Origin: Batkoa obscura
Taxonomy: Eukaryota
DNA length: 50,915 nucleotides
Assembly: GCA_030770535.1 (NCBI GenBank)
Contig: JASVEC010000015.1
Location: 1,054,001 to 1,104,915, forward strand
Direction of reading: 5' to 3'
Numbering within the stretch: the first letter of the stretch is position 1; each line of letters begins with the position of its first letter. Positions 1 to 10,281 of the stretch are shown piece by piece. The notes beneath the pieces are model-generated. The model made no database searches. It was given only the letters and a program-made list of their open reading frames with translations, and was not told where the DNA came from. A program made the position numbers and the translations under genes.

Positions 1-1029
1 AGCTTCAGTATATTCTTTTGATGAACGTAAGAGTTTTGGGTTTAATATAAATAGAAATCAATATGATTATTCAAAAACAAGTAATAATAATAAAATATCA
101 ACATTAAAACCTATTATTAAAAATACAAAAAAAATTAAAGATGACCAAATTGAAACTATCATACAATATTTACTAAATGATTCAACTATTTCATCAAGAT
201 TTAATAAAAAAAATAACGATAGTAAATATTCATCAGATAATATATATATATTAAATAAAAGTAGAAGAATGATATATAGTAAATATTTGAATGATCTAAG
301 AGATAAAGCAGTAGCCAGGTCAACGTTCTTTAAATATATACCAACTAATTTCAAAAATCCAGCAAGAAAAACGGATCTATGTAATATATGTACCCAGTAT
401 ACAGTTAGAAAAAAGTTATTTGAAAATAAAATAAATACAGCAAAAAACAAAGCAGAGATAGAAGAAATTTTCAACGAAGAAGAAAAATTATACAAATTAC
501 ATAAATTCTGTGTTGATACTCAAAAAAACACATTTAATGAAACTATCAAAAAATTAAATAACAAAAGTTGTATAATAGTTTTAGATTTTAAACAAAATAT
601 GGAAATAGGGACAAGACCAGATTCAATAAATTTAGATCATTATAATAAACAAGCTATATCAGTATTAGGCTTTGGTGTATTATATTTAAAAGATGATAAA
701 ACAATAGGCAAAGTTTACTTTGATTATTTATCTGAAATATTGAATCATGATTCAGCATATGCAGGAGATTGTTTAATCGATTTAATCTCTACAGAGCTTC
801 TATTTAAAAAGTTTACAAAAATTAATATATGGGCAGATACAGGAAATCATTTTAGATCCCAAGAGTTCTTACATTATATGTTTAAAGAAATTCATAAAAT
901 AAATAGTAGTTTGAATGTTAATCTTAATTTTTTTGCTGAGCATCATGGAAAAAGTATAGTTGATGGACATTTTGGAAACCTTTCAAAATGGAAAAGTAGT
1001 TTTGAAGCGTTAGGTAAAATAGAAGATAT
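1..1029 (+). mobile_element. Sola2-like DNA transposon copy A, upstream part (begins before window; interrupted by copy B)
   Basis: Near-identical reverse complement of 1874-2902. Breaks at ATAT 1026-1029 and resumes at 3494; the rejoined sequence gaagatatcgatcaa encodes EDIDQ as in the intact copy. Confidence 0.93.
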
Positions 1030-1087
1030 GGGGTTGTCTGAATTAGTTTCATTATTTTATCCAATTTTAAAAAAATTTGTATTTTAA
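1..1087 (+). pseudogene. Transposase of copy A, truncated by insertion; reads ~20 codons into the end of copy B
   Basis: ORF 269-1087 is identical to the 567-aa protein up to GKIED, then continues MGLSELVSLF..., encoded by the B terminus. Confidence 0.88.
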
Positions 1088-3493
1088 AAACTTCGCTTAA
1101 AATTCTATAAAATCACATCTTTTATTAAAACAAAAGTACCCAAACACAGTTCTAAACCATTATATTATAGCTCATACTGTAAGTTAGTTGAATTTCTACT
1201 AGATCTTAAATACATGTTCTTATAAAGCTTAATTGAGAAATATTTATTATCAACTGCTTTATAACCAACATCGTAGATTTATTATCAAATAAATAAACTA
1301 CTTTAATGTTATAATTACATTATTAATATATTGCCAAGTTAATAAATAGCTGCATGGGAGGGAGTGGTCAGCCCCAAAACTATAATTGACCATCCCTATA
1401 TAGTACAAGTAATAATAGTTTTTACATATTATTACAGTTACTTGTTCTTTGACTATTTATTAACTTAGCTATTAATAACTTAAGTAATCCTAACATTTAA
1501 CAATCTATTTCTATCATTCAACAAACTACTTACTTGCTTAGTAAATATCGAAATTTTCAAATTCTCTGTTATCTTCGTAAGGTAAGCTGGGATCGATCTT
1601 TTAATTTTTCTGTTTTCTATAGACTCTATAACTTTAATTGGGACTATATCGCTTTTTTTTGATGTATCAGATACTGGATAACAATGTAGTTTATTGTTAT
1701 GTTTAATAAAATGTAAATACTTCTTAATGCCCTGCATCTCTATTATTCTTTTTGTATTTTTGTTTCTTTTATACTTTTTAAAAATTATATCTGTTTTCCC
1801 ATTATTAACAGTCGAGTTATTAATTTTATTATGCTCACAAATAAAAGCCTCAAATCTTGAAATTAATTGATCGATATCTTCTATTTTACCTAACGCTTCA
1901 AAACTACTTTTCCATTTTGAAAGGTTTCCAAAATGTCCATCAACTATACTTTTTCCATGATGCTCAGCAAAAAAATTAAGATTAACATTCAAACTACTAT
2001 TTATTTTATGAATTTCTTTAAACATATAATGTAAGAACTCTTGGGATCTAAAATGATTTCCTGTATCTGCCCATATATTAATTTTTGTAAACTTTTTAAA
2101 TAGAAGCTCTGTAGAGATTAAATCAATTAAACAATCTCCTGCATATGCTGAATCATGATTCAATATTTCAGATAAATAATCAAAGTAAACTTTGCCTATT
2201 GTTTTATCATCTTTTAAATATAATACACCAAAGCCTAATACTGATATAGCTTGTTTATTATAATGATCTAAATTTATTGAATCTGGTCTTGTCCCTATTT
2301 CCATATTTTGTTTAAAATCTAAAACTATTATACAACTTTTGTTATTTAATTTTTTGATAGTTTCATTAAATGTGTTTTTTTGAGTATCAACACAGAATTT
2401 ATGTAATTTGTATAATTTTTCTTCTTCGTTGAAAATTTCTTCTATCTCTGCTTTGTTTTTTGCTGTATTTATTTTATTTTCAAATAACTTTTTTCTAACT
2501 GTATACTGGGTACATATATTACATAGATCCGTTTTTCTTGCTGGATTTTTGAAATTAGTTGGTATATATTTAAAGAACGTTGACCTGGCTACTGCTTTAT
2601 CTCTTAGATCATTCAAATATTTACTATATATCATTCTTCTACTTTTATTTAATATATATATATTATCTGATGAATATTTACTATCGTTATTTTTTTTATT
2701 AAATCTTGATGAAATAGTTGAATCATTTAGTAAATATTGTATGATAGTTTCAATTTGGTCATCTTTAATTTTTTTTGTATTTTTAATAATAGGTTTTAAT
2801 GTTGATATTTTATTATTATTACTTGTTTTTGAATAATCATATTGATTTCTATTTATATTAAACCCAAAACTCTTACATTCATCAAAAGAATATACTGAAG
2901 CTATAGTTGATAATAACGCTACTTGCTGACTTTTGTTTCCTGTTTCCCTTAAAGCACTAATTTTATACATTACTTGATTAAGTTTATTATTATCGATAGT
3001 AAACTTTGATAATATATCTTTTCTTTGTTTTGTTTTATTATAAAATTCCATGAACCTTGGGTTGTTATAAGTAGCTCTTAAAATTGATGTAAATGAATTA
3101 CAATGTTTATATTGTGTACTCCTCCCTATTGTATTGAAGTTTTCAAAAATTCCATTTCGAAGTTTAGTTATGAAAGTTTGCATTTTATTTTTATTTCAAC
3201 AAAAAATAAAGTCAAATAAAGTCAAATAACTGTGTTTATATAATTATGTATTTATATAATTATATAATCATATAGTTATATATTATATATCTGTTAAATA
3301 TCTAACAGAACTAACATAAAATATATAGTTAGGAAAATTAGCTATTTAAGAAAAGGAAACAATTAAAATAAGTTTTAAATAGAGACATTTAATTTTAGGC
3401 TTTTTAGATTTAACCGTTATATTGAACACAAACTTGGAATTTTAAATTTGGATTAATTTCTAAGTAGATTCTGAAACCAATTAGGACAGCCCC
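1030..3493 (-). mobile_element. Intact Sola2-like DNA transposon copy B (2464 bp)
   Basis: TIRs GGGGTTGTCTGAATTAGTTTCA / TGAAACCAATTAGGACAGCCCC (18 of 22 match), ATAT TSD at 1026-1029 and 3494-3497, one long ORF. Confidence 0.95.
1480..3183 (-). CDS. DDD-type transposase, Sola superfamily (Sola2-like), 567 aa
   Basis: Intronless ORF between the TIRs. Motifs CNIC, IVLDFKQN, HDS, IWADTGNHFRS and FFAEHHGKSIVDGHFG resemble the DF.EN / SDG..QFK / FF...HGK...DG pattern I recall for Sola2. Confidence 0.8.
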   Translation of the reverse strand: MQTFITKLRNGIFENFNTIGRSTQYKHCNSFTSILRATYNNPRFMEFYNKTKQRKDILSKFTIDNNKLNQVMYKISALRETGNKSQQVALLSTIASVYSFDECKSFGFNINRNQYDYSKTSNNNKISTLKPIIKNTKKIKDDQIETIIQYLLNDSTISSRFNKKNNDSKYSSDNIYILNKSRRMIYSKYLNDLRDKAVARSTFFKYIPTNFKNPARKTDLCNICTQYTVRKKLFENKINTAKNKAEIEEIFNEEEKLYKLHKFCVDTQKNTFNETIKKLNNKSCIIVLDFKQNMEIGTRPDSINLDHYNKQAISVLGFGVLYLKDDKTIGKVYFDYLSEILNHDSAYAGDCLIDLISTELLFKKFTKINIWADTGNHFRSQEFLHYMFKEIHKINSSLNVNLNFFAEHHGKSIVDGHFGNLSKWKSSFEALGKIEDIDQLISRFEAFICEHNKINNSTVNNGKTDIIFKKYKRNKNTKRIIEMQGIKKYLHFIKHNNKLHCYPVSDTSKKSDIVPIKVIESIENRKIKRSIPAYLTKITENLKISIFTKQVSSLLNDRNRLLNVRIT

Positions 3494-4341
3494 ATATCGA
3501 TCAATTAATTTCAAGATTTGAGGCTTTTATTTGCGAGCATAATAAAATTAATAACTCGACTGTTAATAATGGGAAAACAGATATAATTTTTAAAAAGTAT
3601 AAAAGAAACAAAAATACAAAAAGAATAATAGAGATGCAGGGCATTAAGAAGTATTTACATTTTATTAAACATAACAATAAACTACATTGTTATCCAGTAT
3701 CTGATACATCAAAAAAAAGCGATATAGTCCCAATTAAAGTTATAGAGTCTATAGAAAACAGAAAAATTAAAAGATCGATCCCAGCTTACCTTACGAAGAT
3801 AACAGAGAATTTAAAAATTTCGATATTTACTAAGCAAGTAAGTAGTTTGTTGAATGATAGAAATAGATTGTTAAATGTTAGGATTACTTAAGTTATTAAT
3901 AGCTAAGTTAATAAATAGTCAAAGAACAAGTAACTGTAATAATATGTAAAAACTATTATTACTTGTACTATATAGGGATGGTCAATTATAGTTTTGGGGC
4001 TGACCACTCCCTCCCATGCAGCTATTTATTAACTCGGCAATATATTGATAATGTAATTATAACATTAAAATAGTTTATTTATTTGATAACAAATCTACAA
4101 TGTTGGTTATAAAGCAGTTGATAATAAATATTTCTCAATTAAGCTTTATAAGAACATGTATTTAAGATCTAGTAGAAATTCAACTAACTTACAGTATGAG
4201 CTATAATATAATGATTTAGAACTGTGTTTGGGTACTTTTGTTTTAATAAAAGATGTGATTTTATAGAATTTTAAGCGAAGTTTTTAAAATACAAATTTTT
4301 TTAAAATTGGATAAAATAATGAAACTAATTCAGACAACCCC
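3494..4341 (+). mobile_element. Copy A, downstream part with terminal TIR
   Basis: Reverse complement of 1030-1877. Ends GAAACTAATTCAGACAACCCC followed by ATAT 4342-4345. Contains the C-terminal ORF fragment 3634-3891. Confidence 0.93.
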
Positions 4342-5385
4342 ATATGCTGAATCATGATTCAATATTTCAGATAAATAATCAAAGTAAACTTTGCCTATTG
4401 TTTTATCATTTAAATATAAAACACTAAAACCTAATACTGATATAGCTTGTTTATTATAATGATCTAGATTTATTGAATCTGGTCTTGTTCCTATTTCCAT
4501 ATTTTGTTTAAAATCTAAAACCATTATACAACTTTTATTATTTGATTTTTTAATAGTTTCATTAAATGTGTTTTTTTGATTATCAACACATAATTTATGT
4601 AATTTATATAATTTTTCTTCTTCGTTGAAAACTTCTTCTATCTCTGCTTTGTTTTTTGCTGTATTTATTTTATTTTCAAATAACTTTTTTCTAACTGTAT
4701 ACTGGGTTACATATATTACATAGATCCGTTTTTCTTGCTGGATTTTTGAAATTACCTGGTATATATTTAAAGAACGTTGACCTAGCTACTGCTTTATCTC
4801 TTAGATCATTCAAATATTTACTGTATATCATCCTTCTACTTTTATTTGATATGTATATATATTATTTGATGAGTATTTTACTATCATTATTTTTTTATTG
4901 AATCTTGATGAAATAGTTGAATCATTTAGTAAATATTGTATAATAGTTTCAATTTGGTCATCTTTAATTTTTTTTATATTTTTAATAATAGGTTGTAACG
5001 TTGATATTTTATTATTATTACTTATTTTTGAATAATCATTTTGATTTCTGTTTATATTAAACCCAAAACTCTTACATTCATCAAAAGAATATACTGAAGC
5101 TATAGTTGATAATAACTCTACTTGCTGATTTTTATTTCCTGTTTCCCTTAAAGCACTAATTTTATACATTACTTAATTAAGTTTATTATTATTTGTCGAT
5201 AGTAAACTTTGATAATATATCTTTCCTTTGTTTGTTTTATTATAAGATCCCATAAACCTTGGGTTGTTATAAGTAGCTCTTAAAATTGATGTAAATGAAT
5301 TACAATGTTTGTATTGTGTACTCCTCCCTATTATATTGAAATTTTCAAAAATTCCATTTTGAAGTTTAGTTATGAAAGTCTCCAT
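4342..5385 (-). pseudogene. Frameshifted transposase of copy C
   Basis: ORF fragments 5173-5385, 4828-5169 and 4330-4524 match the 567-aa protein. Confidence 0.9.
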
Positions 5386-5502
5386 TTTATTTTTATTTTG
5401 ACAAAAAATAAAGTCAAATAAGTGTATTTATATAATTATATAATCATATAGTCATATATTATATATCTATTAAATACCTAACAGAACTAACATAAAATAT
5501 AT

Positions 5503-5601
5503 GGGATTGTTTTTTTTGGCTTCATTACTTTTTCCATCTTTTAAGCGCTATTTGAGTGGAAAAATTACTAGTAAAACTCTTAAATACAAAAATACATCCC
5601 C
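5503..5601 (-). mobile_element. ~99-bp GGGG/AWWT MITE inside copy C
   Basis: ATAT on both sides; the empty site is visible in B (aaaatatatagttagg near 3318-3333). Confidence 0.92.
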
Positions 5602-5778
5602 ATATAGTTAGGAAAATTAGCTATTTAAGAAAAGGGAAACAATCAAAATAAGTTTTAAATAGAGACATTTAATTTTAGGCTTTTTAGATTTAACCGTTAT
5701 ATTTGGACGCAAACTTGAAATTTTAATTTTGGATTAATTTCTAAGTAGATTCTAAAACCAATTAGGACAGCCCCATAT

Positions 5779-5947
5779 GGAGATGTATTTTTTGGCTTCA
5801 GTACTTTTTCCATTTTTAAATGGGAATATATTTTTTTATTTAAAGATTTTACTAGCAACTTTCCCACTTAAATAGTGCTTTAAAAATGAAAAAGCGATCA
5901 AATCAAAAGAAACATCACCAAATGTTATTTGAGCGGAAAATTTGTTA
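5779..5947 (-). mobile_element. MITE (truncated, outer), abutting copy C
   Basis: MITE consensus split in two by the 5822-5919 copy. Confidence 0.75.
5822..5919 (+). mobile_element. MITE nested in a MITE
   Basis: Consensus match; AAAT TSD at 5818-5821 and 5920-5923. Confidence 0.8.
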
Positions 5948-6202
5948 TATTTTAATAAAACTTTCAAGTTTGCTTTTATTTTAACTTTGAAATTATAGTT
6001 ATCTATAAATACTTTTTTAGAAGAGTTTCAGTTATTGGATAAGTTATTAAATAAAATCGTACATTAAGGAAGTTTCATGAAATATTACTCTGTCAGCTCT
6101 ATGATTGGCTATAACATAATTAATTAAGTCGTTGTATTTTGAAGTTCAGGCATATCAGTCCCAAGCTTTTGTTTTGATTTACTATGAGAATTTCTATCAT
6201 AT

Positions 6203-6301
6203 GGGGATGTATTTTTGTGTTTAAGAATTTTACTAACAAATTTTCCGCTTAAATAATGCTTAAAAAATGAAAAAAATAATGAAGTCAAAAAAAACACTCC
6301 C
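6203..6301 (+). mobile_element. MITE (reference-like copy)
   Basis: GGGGATGTATTTTTG...AAAAAACACTCCC with ATAT TSD. Confidence 0.92.
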
Positions 6302-6799
6302 ATATGATTCCGAAGGACATTATCTCCCCCGTTTTGATATCCATACTTGAAGTATAAAAGAGATTTTAGAACGTAGTAACTCGAGACTTTTAACTGAATT
6401 ACCCTCTATATTGTACCTCTAATAAAGCCACTAAATCTTTCTGATAGTATCTTATGTAGGTTTTACATTATTATTATTTATTATATTTGTCTTACATATT
6501 TTGTAGCCTACTAAGTGCTGTTCCTCATAATTTAGGCCTATCTTAGTCATATAAACTAAGATCTTTGGACTTACGACTAGTTTAATCAAACAAAGAGCTG
6601 CTTTTGCTTTTGACTCTAACCACTGAGTACCAGATTCCACAGTTTGTTTATTTGTAATTAACTTAACACCTATTAAAAACGATATTTATAGGTCCAGTTA
6701 TTATTAGAAATAAGATAAACTTTTAAGCGTTTAATAAAAGTAATAGCAGTAATTTTATCTGGATTCGATAAAAAATTAAAATTAACTTAGATTATATAT

Positions 6800-6898
6800 G
6801 GGGATGCTTTTTTGGCTTCATTACTCTTTCGGTCTTTTAAGCACTATTTGAGTGGAAATTTTTTTTAGTAAAACTCTTAAACACAAAAATACATCCCC
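6800..6898 (-). mobile_element. MITE
   Basis: Consensus match, ATAT TSD. Confidence 0.92.
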
Positions 6899-7173
6899 AT
6901 ATAGTAAAAATGAAAATTGCTTATAAAATGCATATTAAGTAATTTAAAAAGCATTATGCAACAACTTATTTTTGTTATTATTATTAGGAAAATTATTTAA
7001 GTCAATTCCAGTACAAAGTATATAACGTTATACTACTTGGTATTAGATCTTATAACGGTTTTTTTGCCTTGTTATCTAGTTGTACTAAGCAAATGAAGCT
7101 ACAATGTTTATAACTTACTTAATGTTCAATATCAAGGACAGCGCTTTTATAATATTGCTTAAATTATAAATAT

Positions 7174-7272
7174 GGGAGTGTTTTTTTTGACTTCATTATT
7201 TTTTTCATTTTTTAAGCATTATTTAAGCGAAAAAATTGTTAGTAAAATTCTTAAACATAAAAATACATCCCC
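7174..7272 (-). mobile_element. MITE
   Basis: Consensus match, ATAT TSD. Confidence 0.92.
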
Positions 7273-7336
7273 ATATTATATTTTAAAATATTTTTATAGT
7301 TTAAAAGTCTAAATTAAAGTGCTGAAACAGTAATAT

Positions 7337-7407
7337 GGGATTATTTCTTTGCTTGACAATTTTACAGTAATCTTTCCGCTCAAATAGAGCTTAAAAAATA
7401 TATCCTC
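7337..7407 (+). mobile_element. MITE, internally deleted and degenerate
   Basis: Core TTTCCGCTCAAATAG retained, ATAT flanks. Confidence 0.7.
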
Positions 7408-7737
7408 ATATGTTCTTTTTTCAATACTTTATATACTATGCAATTCCCTTACAATTAGCTGCTGATTGCTTTTTATTTAATGCAATTCGTTTTTTTAAAA
7501 CATTATTAAAATTAATGAGCTGGTTAACAATAGTTATTAAATCATTTGTCTGTTATAGATAGCTAAATCTTGTTTTAAAGCTAAAGTTTTGGTATTATTG
7601 ATTGGTATAAATATAAAAAATTGCCTAACATAAGATAAATAATGATTATGCTTATTAATTCTAGTTATTAATAGTTCATTAAGCTTTGAAAAAGTAGTTC
7701 TCATTTTTTTTATTAATATTTATAGTTTTAATAATAT

Positions 7738-7836
7738 GGGAGTGTTTTTTTTGACTTCATTATTTTTTCCATTTTTTAAGCGCTATTTAAGCGGAAAAAT
7801 TATTAGTAAAATTCTTAAACACAAAAATACATCCTC
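7738..7836 (-). mobile_element. MITE
   Basis: Consensus match, ATAT TSD. Confidence 0.92.
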
Positions 7837-8790
7837 ATATATTTATTAATTTTAATAAGAAAATCAACTTTATCAAGAATCTTAGTGAGTTTAAAATACA
7901 AAACAGTATCAAGCTAATATAACTCGGTTTTAAAATTTTTTACTTTTCTTACCAAGCCTTTGTAGATTTTATCGCTAATAGTGTCTTTAAGCTTTTGGTT
8001 AAATTTGTTTGATTTGTTAGCATGAGATTCATTTAAAAAGGCAGTGGCACTATTATTTTAATTAATAATCATATCCAAAAATAAGCACAAGTAATTTAAG
8101 CACTGGGGTCGCTATTTTGGCACTGTTTTTGAATAGAAAAATCATTATTAAAAACATGCATAAGGATACCTTCATAAGTAGTTAGCTAGGTTTATAACAT
8201 CAGAAAGTAGCTTCAGCTTAGTTTAAAGCATCAGTATTTATTTCTAGAGTGAGAATACTAGCTTCTTTATCATTATCACTACTTATATTATATTTAGTAG
8301 TAGTTAATTGTTATCAGGAAAATACCTTAAGTCAAAAAATAAGGTATAAAGCTCTTATTGCCTATAGTTTGTAGATTAAAAAAAACTAAAAGCTCGAGGT
8401 GATTATTATATGGTAATAACTGTAAAAAAAGACACAAAAGCTACTTAACATAATTATAAAAGCTTTTCAAGTTATAAGCATCAAATATAAAAGTTGATAT
8501 ACATACCAATTAGAATTAAAAGCAATTTTTGCTCAATCAACTAGTTATAAGTCAAAAAGTCTTGTTTATATAATTGAAACATAACTAAATTATGAAACAT
8601 AGCATATAATAAGCCATAAACTATATAAAATAAAAGAGACTACTATAAAATTCATACGAAATATTATTAAAAAGAATAGCTTCGTTAAAAATGTAACATC
8701 AAAAAATAATTTAATAAAAAAGTTTCAGATTATCATAAAGGATTCTTTTAATATTCTAGCTAAGTCGTTATGTATACTAAAAAAAGATAT

Positions 8791-8886
8791 GGGGATGTAT
8801 TTTTTTAAGAATTTTACTAACAATTTTTCCGCTTTAAGTAGCGCTTAAGAAATGGAAAAAGTGATGAAGCCAAAAAAGGCATCCCC
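8791..8886 (+). mobile_element. MITE
   Basis: Consensus match, ATAT TSD. Confidence 0.92.
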
Positions 8887-8977
8887 ATATGTTTTTTATA
8901 ATTAGGTGGTAGAAATTCTTACAAGTCAAAATAAAAAAATTTGAGTTAACTATACAGCTGGTAATATTTTGCAATAT

Positions 8978-9063
8978 AGGAATGTATTTTCTGTTCAAGA
9001 ATTTTACTAATAATTTTTCTGCTCAAATGGCGCTTAAAAGATGGAAAAAGTGAAGTCAAAAAT
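8978..9063 (+). mobile_element. MITE, right end lost
   Basis: Consensus match after ATAT; no terminal CCCC. Confidence 0.8.
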
Positions 9064-10281
9064 TATACTTTTTATTTTATTAATTAGTTTTAAAACTTTT
9101 TGATTTTTTTATAATTACTAAAGCTAAATTCAATAAAAGTTAATAAAAAAGCTTAGACAACACTTATTAAAAAAACTAATATACAAATTTAATAAAATAG
9201 TTTAACATAATAAAAATACTTAAAATTAGGTCAGTTATTATAATAATTGGTTTTTGAAATTTAAAATAAAAAGTAATATGGTAGCCTAATACCAAAAATT
9301 ATACCAGTTAAATAAAAGTTATTTTTTGGTATTAAATTTTAGTTATTTGTTTGATTTATAACAAAATAATACTTGCATTTTGGTTTTTTTACTGACAAAA
9401 TTTTTCAAAACAATAAACAAGCTTATACTATTTGATATAAATTATTCAAAAAGTGAAAATCAATGTAGATAGCTTTGGTTAGGAATTTAATAAACATAAA
9501 ATAATATCAACGTATGATTCTATTAATTAAATTCCTTAAAAATCAAACAATGATCACAGCTATAATGAATAATAGCAAAACACCTAGTCAAGTTTTTATA
9601 GTTTCTTTGATTCCCAGGTCCGTTCTTATTTTTACCACTTTTACTTACTCCATCTTTAATTTTGAATATAAATTATGCTTATTCTGGAGTCCAAGCTTCT
9701 TGAAAGTCCTCAATTTGTATAAAATTACCCAAAAAATTATACCTGCTATCTTTTGGGTGGTTCTTTACATCATGTAGTATAATCATTATTAAGGACTGGC
9801 TCAATATGTAAATACTTATTCTCCATAAACATATAATTTAATTTAGAACAACAGCTAATAGTTTTATTAATTAATGTTTTGGGCTCCTAATGGATAATCT
9901 ATACAATTTAAATAGTCATATGCAGAGCCTAAATTTTTGCAAGTGTAGTTATTATAGACCATTTTTTTCTATATAAAGGAAAATTAAGATGAAAAATGAG
10001 TGGTATTATTTTGATCGGTTTCTCTAGTGATTTTTAATAAGTATTCTTTTATTGTTTCTCCAAGAGTAAAAATCATGTTTACCAAAAATAAGCTGATATT
10101 TTTAATTTTCTATACCTATGAGAAATAAAATATTTACCATTAAACTAATAGTTTTCTCTTATTTTCATATCTTTGAATATCATTGGCCTTTTAAATTGTT
10201 TAATTTGATATCTTTTGCTTAAATTTATTTTGGTTGATTAAATAAAAAATAAAGAGTTTAAAATTTAGCAGTCACTTTATC

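Larger units (their letters stand above)
4342..5774 (-). mobile_element. Decayed copy C (5' half), interrupted by copy A and by a MITE
   Basis: Homologous to B 2144-3493. Ends AAACCAATTAGGACAGCCCC plus ATAT 5775-5778. Broken at the ATAT within the HDSAYAG codons. Confidence 0.92.

Noticed and set aside
1026..1040. piggyBac or Kolobok assignment based on the 4-bp TSD
   Set aside because: Those duplicate TTAA; here the target is AWWT and the protein motifs differ.
1030..1479. Possible Fanzor/TnpB or guide-RNA cargo in the element
   Set aside because: No second ORF or RuvC motifs; only a short hairpin is present.
2408..2836. 142-aa hydrophobic antisense ORF (also 67-495 and 48918-49121)
   Set aside because: It is the antisense shadow of Lys/Asn-rich transposase codons. 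Identity between copies only reflects recent duplication, and it is truncated in D.
1..4341. Inverted duplication as a pure assembly artefact
   Set aside because: Junctions fall exactly at TIR ends with ATAT duplications and the copies differ by SNPs; read confirmation is still advisable.
5503..9063. CRISPR-like repeat-spacer array
   Set aside because: Repeats are ~99 bp, irregularly spaced, in both orientations, with TIRs and TSDs, in a eukaryotic context.
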